A DNA stretch of 64,000 nt from Octopus vulgaris (lineage: Eukaryota). The notes beneath the pieces were generated by a model, which worked only from the letters and a program-made list of their open reading frames with translations, was not told where the DNA came from and did no database searches. The translations under genes and the position numbers were made by a program. This document shows positions 1 to 15,208 of this stretch, piece by piece (within the stretch, counting starts at the first letter, position 1; every line of letters starts with the position of its first letter). Where the stretch lies: contig OX597818.1 of assembly GCA_951406725.2 (NCBI GenBank), forward strand, positions 42,098,001 through 42,162,000. The letters are read 5' to 3'.

Positions 1-359
1 ATATAGTGACAGAAATTGATATTAGTTCCTAGGGTTATGTTAAGGTTTGAAAGGCTGCGGTTAGTAAGGTGAGGTAAAATGCTATAATCCACTCACCTCT
101 GTGAATTGTAAAGTAGAGGACTGCTACCCCACTGCATAATCAACCATTTCCATCACTGGCTATATACTTTTATGAGTATGTTTTATTTGTGCATACATAT
201 GTATATGTTAACATATGACTATGCTTATGTCACTGAGCAGAAAGGCTTGGTGGAACATTTATGTGCATACATTTGCAGAACTGTAAGTGCATCTTATAAT
301 ATCTGCATGTATGCATTAGAAGTTAAGCATTAACATCTATTTGTATTGTGTAAGTATGT

Positions 360-424
<65 letters not shown>

Positions 425-825
425 TATAAGAGCCATAGATGAAATTCTTTGCCTTTACATCACTTAGCTCATTTTGTTTAATCTATACAAATTACCTTGG
501 CTATAAATATGATGCAAACCTTTCTATATGTCTATGACCCTTGGCTGCTGGAGATAGGTTAGAACAATTATTATACTAATAATGCTTATTGAGGCAAAAA
601 CAAATGTCCATATCTGTCCTCTTATCTTTAATAGCATGTCAACTTTGGAGACTTCTTAAATCTTGATATCATCTCCTGTACTGTTTAGTCTAGAATGGAC
701 TAAACAGAACAGAAGGATACATTTGGGATGGAAGAGTTAATGAAGAAGTCAAAGATTTCCAGACAATGGATATATGATAAAATATCATCTCCCTTTCTAA
801 TATGGTGTTGGTATCAACTTTCATG

Positions 826-2078
826 GAAAGTTCTGAGCGTTTTTTAATATGCAAAAAGTGATAAAAATAATTGACCTTTCAATAGATTTTATTCAATGAA
901 ATAATTTCTATTATTATTAATGACCATTGCCCATTTTTCAGGCAATTTAAATATTCCATCAGCATAAAATTTGAGTGGTTTTGAAGAAAAAAGTTACCAA
1001 GATGCATTTTGACTCCATCTAAACGAGTTTTGTAGAGACAAAAACAAATGGTAGTTGGGTGGCATGACATCAGGAGAATATGGTGGATGAGGTAAGAGAT
1101 CTCAGCCAGGTTCATGTAACTTTGTTCAGGTAGCCAAAGACACATGTGATCGGGCATTGTCTTGTTAGAACACTACCACTTTCTTGTTGGGAATCTCCAG
1201 CCTCAATTCTTTGAATTTTTGCTTCAAATTGGCCAGCTGACAACAGTACACATCAGAATTAAGGGTCTGGTGTTGTGGGAAAAGCTCATAATAAATAATG
1301 CCTTTATGATCCCACCAAACACAAAGCATAGCTTTTTTGATATGGATATTTGTCTTTGGTTGCTGTTTTGGGGGATCTTTATGTAAATACCAGGATATTT
1401 TTTGCACTACATTTTCGTACACAATCCATTTTTCACCTCTGGTCACAATTTGTTTCAAAATAGGCGTGCTTTCATTCTTATTCAAAAACATATCACAAAC
1501 AGAATACTAGTCCAAGCAATTCTTTTCTGAGTGTTTGTGAGGGACCCATACATTATAGCAAGAAATGTACCCTAGTTTCAGTAGGTGTTCATGAGTTATA
1601 CTTTTAGAAACTTCCAATTCCTCTGCAAGTTCTCTAGTCATGATATTTGAGTTTTCTTTGATTTTTTCCTTCAAAACATCTTCATCCAATTTGAAGGTCT
1701 ACCACTGCAACTGTCATCTTCCAAGCTAAACTCTCCAGCTTTAAATTATGCAAACCACCTTCGAACAGTTGATTCCCCTACAGCATCATCACCATAAACT
1801 TCACGAATGATTTTGCAAGTCTTTACAACATTTTCTCCTTCTTTACAAAAGAAAAGCATTACAATGCAAATATGAAATTTTTGGTTGTCCATTTCAAATG
1901 TCAATAAAGGGTAACTGGAATGAAAGATAAATCTATCTTTAGTCAGGAACAAAAAAGAAATGCACTACCGCTTCAGGCAACACCAAAATTTCAACTGTGT
2001 AATGTTTCAGGTGTGTTCAATGAAGGGTTAAAAGATTTAGCTTAAAAAATGCTCAGAACTTTGTGGACAGCCTAATAA
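826..2078 (-). mobile_element. Decayed mariner (DD34D) transposon
   Basis: Frameshifted fragments: HTH region (REVYGDDAVGESTVRRWF), WVPH, IVTxxEKWIVY, MLCVWWD, QDNARSH, LPHPPYSPD. TIR aaagttctgagc(g/a)tttttt at both ends, left one truncated. Confidence 0.92.
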
Positions 2079-2271
2079 TTTTAATAAAAGTTGTGCCATA
2101 GAAAACCTACCTCAATGAATTCCATTCAATTCATGCTAGCATGGAAAAGTTAGATGCTAAAAGGATGATGATGTTGTGGTGGTGGTGGTGGTGGTGGTGC
2201 TGACAACGACGATGATGATGACAGTGATGATGGTAGTGTGATAATGATGATGATGATGATGATGATATATG

Positions 2272-2308
<37 letters not shown>

Positions 2309-2779
2309 ATATATATACTATCTCATCCATATTCACTCTGCAGCTGATTTATTCTAACATCTATAATCTGTGTTGTATTTGTTAGAATTTTGATAGTTGA
2401 TAGCCTCTTGTATAATATACTATATATCTATCCTATCTGATCACCATCTATAATCTACAATTAATCAACTGAGCATCTATATCTAATCAAATCACTCAAT
2501 TTGTCTGATATCTGTACACTGTAAACACATCAGCTTGTTATCTTGAAGTTATACATTTGATATATTCAGTTTTTGAATTTATCTGCTTAAATATTTAGCA
2601 ATCAGGAATATTTAGCAATCAAACCAAAATCACTATATTTGATGCAAAAAAAAACCATCTTAAGAATACGATTGTAACTTGCCAATCTACTACTAAGTCA
2701 TCAAAGAAATCTGACCTTTCAAGACTTCGTTTGGAACTGTATCTAACAGCAATTTCATCTTTGGCACTTTATATTCAGT

Positions 2780-4159
2780 GCATTTTAGACACTGCAAGCA
2801 GACAGCAGAATGCACATAGCATATGGCAGTCAGCAGGCAGTAGTAGAACCAGAAAAAGGCAGTAGTATTGGGTTGTTCCAGAAGTTCGTGCCAATTTATA
2901 GTAGCTTACCTTTTGACTTATCCTCCCAGGCACCTCAATTCTGGAAAGAGGGTATTTTCAAGTTAAAGGAAAGATGGAGACGCATTGTGCAACAAAATGG
3001 TTCATATGTGGTTGATTAAAAATGTAATGGCAAGTATTTATTGACCTTTTTCTTTCCTTTAAAAATCGGCACGAGCTTTCCGGACAGCCCAATAGAATCA
3101 GCTGCAGGCGAGAGTGCTGGTACAACACAAGAACAATGGACAGTGGCAGCAGCAACACACCATGACCAGCTAATATCTGTAGCGTATGCTTGAGGGAAAT
3201 TCCTCTCTCTCTGTTATATATGGACGTAGTAGATAACAGCTAGCCTTCAGCTGCCCTTTTGGAACCTGTTGTGTCCACTACTCTGATTTGTTAGTATTGG
3301 CACAACTTGTCTCTTGCTCTATTGTGCGCCAACTGGCAACCCAACCAATTGCAGCCTTCTGATAAGGCCACATGATACAGTCTCTTCTAAACCTCTGGTG
3401 AGCTGACTGCACCCTATAAAACTCTAGCTTCACATTGAGTCGAGGTCTTTCGGTTCCAGACCCTTTAAGGTCTAGCCACTGACCACACAGGACACAGCCA
3501 GTTCCAGTGACAACACAACAGCAGCCACATGGAGACTCACCAATTTTGTCCAGCAGCATTCAGGACCTCTATCTCTGTCACCATCATTCATCCTAAACAT
3601 CATCCCTCTACGTACACAGCAACAAGCAACACTCTCACAGGTTCCAACACTGCACTGTTTGTGAATTACTTTACCATGGTTAACAGCAAATACAACCTGT
3701 GAGAAATTCCTGTACCAAGTGACCGACAGCAGCATCATAGTCACAACTTCACGTATGACATGTACCTCAACAGGCTCTGCATTACTGTCACAACTTCTTG
3801 ATACAGCATTTCAACTATCGTGTACCTTGACTACGAACTGGTATTTATCATCCTTGTATCTGAACATTCTTCTAAAGTCATATTATAGACTCTTTCAATG
3901 CTCTGTACTTATCACACACACATACATCCATGTTTGTACACACACACTTTGTTCTCACGACGGCATGTCTATTATTATGCATATATGACACGCACACATG
4001 TTAACATATAAATAAAATCTTCTCTTAAACATTCTACCCATTGTGTCTCTCTTTTCCTTCTGGCACATATATGCATTTATTCTTTTCATATTTATTGTAT
4101 CGACCATGTGATGTGCAAAGGAGCCATTCTCGTCAACTCACTTTGCATGGTCGTTTACA
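2780..4159 (+). mobile_element. Possible solo LTR-like repeat containing the nested mariner MITE
   Basis: GC-richer, CA-rich block with AATAAA near 4011, ending in gtttaca. No TSD or clear 5' boundary found. Confidence 0.3.
2868..3092 (+). mobile_element. Internally deleted mariner (MITE-like)
   Basis: About 30-bp TIRs ttgggttgt.c.gaa.gttcgtgcc.attt, TA on both flanks, transposase C-terminus FWKEGIFKLKERWRRIVQQNGSY. Confidence 0.9.
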
Positions 4160-4205
4160 TTCTTATTCTAAAAATGATTTCGTTAATTTTTCTTCTGAGA
4201 CTTAC

Positions 4206-4381
4206 CAGGGTTCGGTTTACATATAACTCCAGCAGCTTCATCCTTTTTACAGTCATGCTCAGTATCATATGAACAATATTGCAAAGCACTTTCATCTCCT
4301 TTACAGTCGGTATTATCCATGAGAAAGTCTTCTGATTCTGCCAAACCATATCTTGAATTTCCTGTAGCTACTTCAGCACCC
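4206..4381 (-). CDS. SRCR domain C-terminal half exon (176 nt) GAEVATGNSRYGLAESEDFLMDNTDCKGDESALQYCSYDTEHDCKKDEAAGVICKPNP
   Basis: MDNxxCxGxExxLxxC...C..DxAGVIC motif. Acceptor atttttag|G, donor G|gtaagt. Six Cys in total indicates group A SRCR. The gene continues beyond position 1. Confidence 0.95.
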
Positions 4382-4411
4382 CTAAAAAATAATGAAATAG
4401 ACATATATCCA

Positions 4412-6362
<1,951 letters not shown>

Positions 6363-6619
6363 CTCATTTTTACATTATTTCTTTTTGAGAGTTCGTCTAA
6401 GATCAATAATACCTGTTGGAAACTCTTTATTTCTTTATTTATGCACTCTTTCCACCTTGAGTGTTTGTGTGCTTTTTTGAGAGCCCTTTTCTGTAACTTG
6501 ATGCCAATTTTCTTCATAGCAGTAGTATCTGTTGAATATAAAAGATGGCCTTAATGCGATTAAATCTGTCTCAGTTTCAAGGAGAAGCTGCTTCAGAGTA
6601 TAATCATGTATTTTGATCA

Positions 6620-8260
6620 TACAGTGATTTGGTTTGGTGTTCTGAAACTTTGATCAAACAAGACGTGAAAATTTTAGCATTTTCAAGTAGATTTGGGAAT
6701 TTTCCAGTGGGAAAAATGCATTTCTTGTAAAAATCAACGATTGATTATGAAGAAAATTTTGATCTTAAGAAATCATCACACTGAAAATCTATAAGTTCAA
6801 GTTGGAACTTTTCAGGGACATTCTCAATATCTACATCAAAAGGAGTGTCAAATACCTTAGGTAGGTTCTCACATTTTCAAAAATCATCAAAATGTGTCAA
6901 AAAATCGGCCTTCAATTTCTGAATGCTGTGGACAAATACATCAGAACCAATGTTTATGTGCTAGTTGAGATACATAAAATGAGAGTAATTCCCGTTTTTG
7001 GTTGTGACTCTCAAATTTTTGGTTCCCATTCAAATGTGGTAACATATCCAAACATTTGAAATAAGACCTTATTCCATCCTTGCAGTTCAAGATTCAGTGA
7101 GTTCATATGCATTGTTATGTCAGCTTGGAATGCTAGCTTAACAACCCATTGTGGATTCCTTAAGAAAGAGGCATCATAGTCTTTGCTCTCCAAAAATAAA
7201 GCAACCTCCTCTCTCAGTGAATAAAAATGTGCAAGCATTTTATCTTAGCCAACGAATATTGCAGAAGTAAGTTAGGTCACTATACTCAGCCTCTGTCTGA
7301 TTAAGGAACTCCTGAACTGGCAGTGATTGAATCTTCTTGATAGGATGAAATTCACTAATTGACAACTTGAATTGGAGTGTCTTCACACACAAAGCATCTT
7401 GATGTATAATGCAATGTAGCTTGAATAGTGTCTGTTCTTGAAGTAAAGCTACCACACCTTTTTTCTCACCAATCATTGCTGGTGTTCCATTGGTGGTCAC
7501 CCCAACCAATTTTGATAAATCTAAGTTAGATTGAATCACCCTGTTCATGAGGCTGTCATATAAATCTGATCAGGTAGTTGTATTTTTCAAAGAAATAACT
7601 TGTGCAAATTCTTCCACAATGTTAAAGGTTGGAGTAACAAAAAAAGCAAAAACCACGAGTTGGCAGGTGTCTGTCATATCAGAAATGTCATCTTCATCAT
7701 CATCATCATCGTTTAACGTCTGTTTTTCATGCTTGCATGGGTTGGACGGTTTGACCAGGATCTAGGAAGCCAGATGGCTGCACCAGGCTCCAGTCTGATC
7801 TGGCAGTGTTTCTACAGCTGGATGCCCTTCCTAACACCAACCACTCTGTGAGTGTAGTGGGTGCTTTTTACGTGTCACCAGCACAGGTGCCAGGTGAGGC
7901 TGGCAACGGCCACAATTGGATTGGTGCTTTTTACGTGCCACCGGCATGGAAGCCAGTCTAGGCGGTGCTGGCATCGGCCACGTTTGGATGGTGCTTTTTA
8001 CATGCCACTGGCATGGAAGCCAGTCAAGGTGGCACTGAGCAATGGAAAAACATTCAAGACTTTGTAACACACCTACCAAACTTCTCCTGACACCGACTGC
8101 CATTTTTTCAATTCTTCACGTGACTGTTCTTGAGGACAAACTGATTTCAGAAAATAATTTTTTTTGTCTTTTGTACTATCAGGGCCTGTGTTGGAGTGCT
8201 ACTGTCTGACATCTCAGTACGTATTGAGCGTGAATCTTTATGGGCGTTTTCACATGGTTA
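6620..8260 (-). mobile_element. Decayed hAT transposase (GTF2IRD2/SPIN/Buster-like), interrupted by an RTE-tailed element
   Basis: Motifs TTNGTPAMIG, LHCIIHQDALC, RWL and KLAFxxDITxHMNxLNLELQG in ORFs 7240-7548 and 7011-7238. Confidence 0.85.
7694..8045 (-). mobile_element. RTE-tailed non-autonomous retroelement with about 3 pseudoknot modules
   Basis: Shared core ggtgttaggaagggcatccagctgtagaaac, 3' end ccaacccatgc.agcatg.aaa...gacgttaaac(gat)n. Confidence 0.8.
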
Positions 8261-8289
8261 CGCAGTGCAATTACTGTCAATTAAATCCA

Positions 8290-9495
8290 AAAACAAAGGT
8301 GTTGAAAAATAAATGGTAATGAAAGTTATTCAGGACTTGCCAAAAATGCTCCATAAGCTGGATTAAAATACTCAGCAAGCTGGAATCGACCTGTGGACCA
8401 GGGTTTGCCAGCCCCAGCTATAAAATGACTTTGATAGGACACCAAGTGTACATCCAAAGTAACACCGACTGGATGATACAACTGGGAAGGCAACATGAAC
8501 AGAGTAAGAAACTGCACTCACTCTCAAAGGAGGCATATAAATAAAGACCAGAGCTTGACCTCCCTAATTATGATGATGATATGGAGGACACATCACCCAT
8601 TAAGGCAATAAAAACGTGTAAAATGAAAGCCAAACAGAAAAGTTTGAAAGAAATATCAAGACTGTGGTAAGACAAACTGCTGCATTGGAAATACACCAAA
8701 CAAGCTGGGGAAGCTTAGGTAGATGTAAAAAGAACCCATCAGTGGCTGCAGAGTGTTGGTTTGAAAGCTGAAACAGAAGGATTTATCCTAGCAGATCAGA
8801 GTCTCCTCACCTGGAACTATCAAGCTAATGTCACACACAAAGTGTAGTCTGTTATGACAAACTTGAGATTATTGACCACATTGTTGTCAGTTGCTCAGTC
8901 CTTGCCCCTAAAAAATATAGAACCAGGCATGATCGAGTTGGCCAATACTTACACTGGATAATATATCATCATTATGGTATCCCACACCATAAGAACTGGT
9001 ATGAAAACCATTCAGAGCCATTCACTGAGAGAGAGAAGGTTACCATCATATGGTATTATAGGATACATATAAACAGATAGGCAAATAAATGCTAACAGAC
9101 CAGACATCGTCATCAAAGATTTAAGATGAAATACATATCTGTTAATTGATATGAGAGTGCCTACTCATAAAAACATCTCAGCAAAGGAATTCGAAAAACT
9201 GTCGAAATATAAAGACCTTGAGATTGAAATATCTAGGAAGTGGCAATTAGAAACACAAACCATCCCTGTTATTCTAGGTGCCCTGGGAATGATGAAAAAA
9301 TGTACTGATAAATTTTTCGACCAGATCCCTGGGAAACCAAGAATCTATGAGACTCAAGAAGTTGTTCTGACATCAACTGCCTACATTCCTAGGAAGTTTC
9401 TCTCTATCTAATATATCGCTCAGGACATCAAGATAAAACACCTGCTAACTAACTTACCATGCTCTAGCATAGTAGTAGTAGTAGTAGTAGTAGTA
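8290..9495 (+). mobile_element. R4/Dong-like RLE non-LTR retrotransposon, 3' fragment
   Basis: Degenerate LKAETEGFILA, IDHIVVSCSVLA...RHD, NRPDIV, KYKDLEIEISRKW...IPVILGALG, followed by a (TAG)n tail at 9470-9494. Confidence 0.85.
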
Positions 9496-9806
9496 ACATT
9501 AACTGCTTTCTCAGATTTTCCTTGATTATCTGAATTTTGAGGATTGGCATACAATTAATCTAATTACTGGTAAATATTTTGTGAATTTTGAAGAATGAAA
9601 AGCCAAGTTGATCCTTTGAGGATTTGAATCCATTAAGTAGAGGAACTAAACTAACAATACTGAATACCACAAGAAATTTAACTTTCACTTTATTGGCATA
9701 TTAATAATAATAATTATCATTATTTAGCTAAATATATACTGAAGCAGTATACCAAAATAATGGCAGAATATATGGGGATTAACAGGATGTTCAACCTAAA
9801 GAAAGT

Positions 9807-9861
<55 letters not shown>

Positions 9862-9873
9862 TATATATATGAA

Positions 9874-10102
9874 GGCAGCAAGCTGGCAGAAACGTTAGCA
9901 TGCCGAGCGAAATGCATAGCCGTATTTCGTCTGCCGTTACGTTTTGAGTTCAAATTCCGCCAAGGTCGACTTTGCTTTTCATCCTTTCGGGGTCGATAAA
10001 TTAAGTACCAGTTATGCACTGGGGTCGATGTAATCAACTTAATCCGTTTGTCTATCCTTGTTTGTCCCCTCTGTGTTTAGCCCCTAGTGGGTAGTAAAGA
10101 AA
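9874..10102 (+). mobile_element. tRNA-type SINE family A
   Basis: Head gagctggcagaa..gttagca, B-box-like gagttcaaattcc, core ggtcgactttgc.tttcatcctttcggggtcgataaa. Further copies at 22328-22558, 25524-25740, 33264-33450 and 61032-61260 (+), and 21600-21770, 35400-35530, 44150-44555, 54690-54872 and 57075-57285 (-). Confidence 0.85.
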
Positions 10103-10449
10103 TATATGCATATATATATATATATATATATATAATAGATCGTTAGTCTATCATATATCCAAAAGAGAAGCATACTCTAAAGCATAGAGCAATAACATAT
10201 TTATATTCAGTTCATAGAGAGACCAATCATAGAGTGGCCAATGGTTTCACATCTATAAAGTGCATAGCTTTATTGACAATTGTGGAACATGACTGTTTCT
10301 ACTACCACATAAACCTGATGATTGCATAATGCATGAAGGTAATAATTTTGTCACAATAAATATATAATATTCAATTATCATAATTTTGTAAAATAGTAAA
10401 AATTGTAAATAATAAAATGTGAAAATGAGACGAGTTCAGAATTTCAATA

Positions 10450-10790
10450 TATATAAAAAAAGAGTAAAATAAACTACAGAAGGCTTGTGTTATATGGTTA
10501 AAGAATATATTTAAATCATTATGTTAGAAAAATGTTATAAAATTTTGTATATAGTAACATAGTTTTACCTATTTAGGTAAAGAAATTTGAGAAATTTGAA
10601 AAGAAAATACGAAACCGGTTATTTCTCCAAAAACTATGATACTATATGCAAAATTTTATAACAGTTTTCTAACATAATGATTTAAATATATTCTTTAACC
10701 ATGTAATACAAGCCTTCTGTCGTTTTTTCACTCTTTTTTGTCTTTTATACATCCAACCATGTGCTTTCACATACCAACTCTCTCACCTAT
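10450..10790 (+). mobile_element. Solo Penelope pLTR with an inverted partial copy (foldback), same family as the 4521-4700 end
   Basis: About 115-bp inverted arms (10455-10566 vs 10629-10740) matching 4525-4640, with a central hammerhead. Confidence 0.8.
10589..10627 (+). ncRNA. Minimal hammerhead ribozyme motif (U3-A8 variant)
   Basis: gagaaau-UUGAAAA-gaaaauac-GAAA-CCG-GUU-auuucuc. 7-bp stem I and palindromic AACCGGUU stem III. Confidence 0.7.
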
Positions 10791-10804
10791 ATATATATAT
10801 ATAT

Positions 10805-10971
10805 GTGACCTCATGTGTACCGTTGGCGATTTTTTTTCCTATGTTTCCGACGAAGAGCTCCGCTCGAAATGTTAAACCCTCCTTCTTTCCTTCTTTCCTG
10901 AGCGTCCAATAATACTATATTTGTTCCACGGCCTCGCGTTGTTGTGTTTTTTTGTGCTTTCTTGTTTGGAT

Positions 10972-10977
<6 letters not shown>
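10805..10977 (+). mobile_element. Short pLTR-like repeat carrying a degenerate hammerhead (second copy at 40990-41227)
   Basis: CCGACGA-a-gagc-ucc-gcuc-GAAA-uguua at 10847-10874, embedded between (TA)n tracts. Confidence 0.6.
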
Positions 10978-11024
<47 letters not shown>

Positions 11025-11152
11025 TAATATATACATCTTAAAGCACATAGAACTGTATCTGGTTACACAGTGAAAGTACAAGGTTAATAAGACTATTGAA
11101 ATAATGAAAAAATAATATTGTGAAGTCCAATTAAAATATGTCAAGTTCTCAC

Positions 11153-11287
11153 CTGGAAAATCCAAGTTGTTTGCAGGCTACATCAGCATCCTTCATATCC
11201 CAGTTGTCATCACAGACATAACCCCAGCTGTTGTTACGGTAAATACTTATCAGACCAGCATTGTAGAAAGAGGTGTTACCAACAAGC
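11153..11287 (-). CDS. SRCR domain N-terminal half exon (135 nt) LVGNTSFYNAGLISIYRNNSWGYVCDDNWDMKDADVACKQLGFS-R
   Basis: WGxVCDDxW...A.VAC+QLG motif typical of SRCR. Acceptor ttttgcag|G, donor AG|gtgaga, phase 2-2. Confidence 0.95.
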
Positions 11288-12237
11288 CTGCAAAACAAAT
11301 TTAGTTTGATTTACATTAATATCAACTGTTTTTATTTGTTGTATTTAACTCATTGTATGAATATAACAATGGACCAGGGAGCAAGGACACAAGATAGTAG
11401 AGTACTGGTTAAGTTAATAGGGTACTAAGAGCAAGTTGATAGGGTGCTAGCCAAGTTAGTTGGGTGATGACTAAATTGGCAGGTTGTGGATCTTGTCTGT
11501 AGTTCCTGTCACTAATATGGACCTGGTCCCATGGTCAATATACATAGCTCTCAATGTCCCAGCCTGTAAATTGTAAATTGACAGTGCAACATCAGTTGCC
11601 TTGAAATAATAACAATATGCAGGCCACAGGCATGACTTTGTGGTTAAGAAGTATGCATTGTAATCGTGTAGCTTTGGGTTCAATACCATTACACAGCACT
11701 TTGGGCAAGTGTGTTCTGTTATTGCCCCAAGTCAACCAATGTCTTGCACAAATTTGGATGTGTGTATGTATGTATGTATGTGTGTGTGTGTGTGTGTGTG
11801 ATTGTGTTTATATTTGTCTCTTATCATTGCTTGACAACCAATGTTGGTTTCTTTATTAAATAGATAAATATTGGGGTTGATTAAACTCTTCAAAGCAGCA
11901 CTCAAGCATAGCGCACACATATGCACATGTGCACACACATATACACATGCATATGTATGTATGTTCATACATACATACATACATACATACATACATACAT
12001 GCATTCATACATACAATGGCTTTCCACACAGTTTCCATCAATCAGATTCACTTACAAGGCATTGGTCATCTTGGGGCTACAATGTAAGATGCTTGCTCAA
12101 GTTACCTCACAGAAGGATTGAACCTAAAACTACATGGCTGCAAAGTGAGCTTAACTGCACGGACATGACTGAGTATATGTGTTCTTGTGTATGCATGCAT
12201 ATGTGTATTCAAATGTGCGTGTGTGTGTGTGTGTGTA

Positions 12238-12645
12238 TCATCATCATCATCATCATCCTCGTTGTTTAACATCCGCTTTCCATGCTGGCATGGGTTGGAC
12301 GATTTGACTGCTGGATGCCCTTCTTAATGCCAACCACTCCAAGAGTGTAGTGGATGCTTTTACGTGCCACCGGCATGAAGGCCAGTCAGGCGGTACTGGC
12401 AACGGCCACACTCAAATGGTGTCTTTTACATGCCATCTGCACAGGAGCCAGTCCAACAGCACTGGCAACGACCTCCCTCGAATATTTTTTCACATGCCAC
12501 CAGCACAAATGCCAGTAAGGTGACGCTGGTAACAATCACGCTCAAATGGTGCTTTTTACGTGTCACCAGCATGGAAGCCAGTCAGCTGCTCTGGCAACTG
12601 ACTGGCAACCATCATGCTCAGATGGTGCTCTTAGTGCTCCAGTAG
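12238..12645 (-). mobile_element. RTE-tailed modular element (internally deleted core, about 5 modules)
   Basis: (CAT)n, gtttaacatccgctttccatgc, then repeated ggtgcttttacgtgccacc modules. Confidence 0.75.
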
Positions 12646-12666
12646 CACACACACACACACACACAG

Positions 12667-12705
<39 letters not shown>

Positions 12706-12718
12706 CACACACACACAC

Positions 12719-12755
<37 letters not shown>

Positions 12756-12788
12756 TTAGCGTCCGCTTTCCATGCTAGCATATATATA

Positions 12789-12824
<36 letters not shown>

Positions 12825-13099
12825 TAGATAGGTATGTGTGCATTTGTGTATATTGAACAACATTAGCCAGAATTAAAAGGTGTTAAAAAAAATCTTTGTA
12901 ATTTGAAAAATTTATACTCATTCATCCAGCTACATTGCTGTGACATTGATGTACTTCAACAAATACTCATTAAAAGGCAATCTAAAAACAAAAATAGAAG
13001 GTAAACGCAAAAGAATTGAGAGTCCAAATTTCCCAAAAGAAATACCTGATGATTCGCCAATTGACAAGTCACTCAACCCCTTGAGTTGTTGGGGCACTG

Positions 13100-13300
13100 C
13101 AACCATGCAGCATATCTAGGGCAAGAAAGCTTGGTGGAGCTCATCCCTCTACAGGCTAAAATCATTGTTACTGGCTGAGTGGACTAGAGCAACATGAAAT
13201 GAAGTGATTTGCTCAAGAACACAACGCATCACCCGGTCCAAGAATGGAAACCACAATCTTATGATTGTGAGTCCGACACCCTAACCACTAAGCCATGCAC
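13100..13300 (-). mobile_element. tRNA-type SINE family B (fragment)
   Basis: Reverse copy of tggcttagtggttagggtgtc...gtttc.attc.tggaccggg...ttgtgttcttgagcaaa. Full copies at 23227-23475 and 58114-58362. Confidence 0.75.
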
Positions 13301-13361
13301 CTGATGATTTTGTGAACTTTTCAAAGCTGTAAAAAGGCTGAGAATGTTTTGTCAATCTTAC

Positions 13362-13447
13362 CGGATGTTGCTGTGGCCAAGAGGTTCATAAAAGGCAGCT
13401 CTTGCAAAGGTTACATTATTTTCTTCAGTGACAGGTTCAGGTGTAGG
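13362..13447 (-). CDS. Linker exon (86 nt) PTPEPVTEENNVTFARAAFYEPLGHSNI-R
   Basis: Acceptor ttcattttgttttag|CCT, donor CG|gtaaga. The phase-2 end joins G of the next exon to give the canonical SRCR start IRLVG. Confidence 0.88.
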
Positions 13448-13501
13448 CTAAAACAAAATGAAAAGTTTATTATTTTTTATATTTTACACACACACACACA
13501 C

Positions 13502-13557
<56 letters not shown>

Positions 13558-13561
<4 letters not shown>

Positions 13562-13765
13562 TACTCGTTGCCAACCCTCACCTTACTAGTGGTGTCCCTG
13601 TACATGGCTCGCACATCTTTCATTAACCATTCATCTATCCCTAGTTTCCTCATTGACCACCAGATAAGGGATCAGGGGGGACCTTGTCAAAGGCTTTCTC
13701 CATGTCAATGAAAGCCAGGTCCAGGGGCTTATCTTTGGCTAGGTATTTCTCCTGCAGCTGCCTTA

Positions 13766-13768
<3 letters not shown>
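13558..13768 (-). mobile_element. RTE-clade LINE reverse transcriptase fragment
   Basis: [30 protein letters not shown], continuing (frameshift) into [17 protein letters not shown]...MYRDTTSKVRV. Confidence 0.85.
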
Positions 13769-13845
<77 letters not shown>

Positions 13846-13863
13846 AACAATTACATATTATAT

Positions 13864-14075
<212 letters not shown>

Positions 14076-14472
14076 GTATGGTGATGTGAACAAGAAAATA
14101 GAACTCAAAATATAAGTATATGTATATTTTATTAATATTTAGCAGAAGTAGCAAAGTAACTCAAGGTCTGAGAGTTTCATAGTTTCATGCATTGACACTT
14201 ATCAAACTATATATATCTATATACACATGCACATACATACACACCAAGCAGTATGACCTGATACTACTGAATACATTCTGTGTCTGCCATTTTATGTATT
14301 TAGTATTCCATTTGCTTATTTCATTATTGTATTAGTAAAGAGATTTACTTCCAATTAAAAAAAGGTTGAATAGAAGTTTATATTTCATAAACTCTAGACA
14401 GGATTATTGACTATGCACCAGTCTTAAAAGTATGTAAAACATTTATGTAATGGGTTTAATATTTATTCTTAC

Positions 14473-14505
14473 CGTTGTGTTTGGAGTGGGACCCCTTTTA
14501 TTACA
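14473..14505 (-). CDS. Microexon (33 nt) CNKRGPTPNTT of the SRCR gene
   Basis: Acceptor ttcttatcattccag|TGT, donor ACG|gtaaga. Its Pro/Thr end continues into the next exon (PTPEPVT). Confidence 0.8.
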
Positions 14506-14868
14506 CTGGAATGATAAGAAAAGAAATTAGCAATGAATTCCGGTCTCCAAAATTCAGAAATTCTTTAATATATTAAATATATGTGTGAACATTTGGCTGC
14601 ATGCTTGTAAATTTATTGGTGTTATTTTGCTTATTTGTTTGCTTGTGTGTGTGTGCTTTTGTTTTAATTACATTTACCAAACTACCAACCATACAACAAG
14701 CCCAAAAAACCAATCCTTTTCATTGTGTTACTAAAACTGTATTACTCATAACCAAGACATTTAATTTTCACTGTCTTAGTCAATCAAAATCTACTTTGAT
14801 AATCAGGATACCTTAGGTAACAGTTTTGGTTTCAAAATATGAGACAGGTGTATACTAAATGAATGTTT

Positions 14869-15208
14869 CATCATCATCATCATCGATTAACGTCTGTTTT
14901 CTGTGCTAGCATGGGTCAGACGGTTCGACTGGGGTCTGGGAAGCCAGGAGGCTGCACCAGGCTCCAGTCTGATTTGGCAGAGTTTCTACAGCCGGATGCT
15001 CTTTCTAACGCCAACCACTCCATGAGTGTAGTGGGTGCTTTTTACGTGCCACCGGCACAGGTGCCAGGGGAGCCTGGCAGCGGCCATGATCGGTTGGTGC
15101 TTTTTACGTGTCACCAGCACAGAAGCCAGTCAAGGCGGCGCTGGCATCGGTCACGTTCAGATGGTGCTTTTTACGTGCCACCGGCACAGAAGCCAGGCAA
15201 GGCAGCGC
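14869..15208 (-). mobile_element. RTE-tailed modular element (3 modules)
   Basis: Same core and (CAT)n end as the 7694 and 29263 copies. Confidence 0.8.

Noticed and set aside
97-135. Possible next exon of the SRCR gene (gtgagt donor at 91-96)
   Set aside because: No open phase-1 frame from a plausible acceptor.
14165-14210. Hammerhead-like UUGAUAA...GAAAC on the minus strand (also 10315-10340 and 23902-23925 on the plus strand)
   Set aside because: A duplicated or missing GAAA/NUH part leaves them too degenerate to call; at most old pLTR relics.
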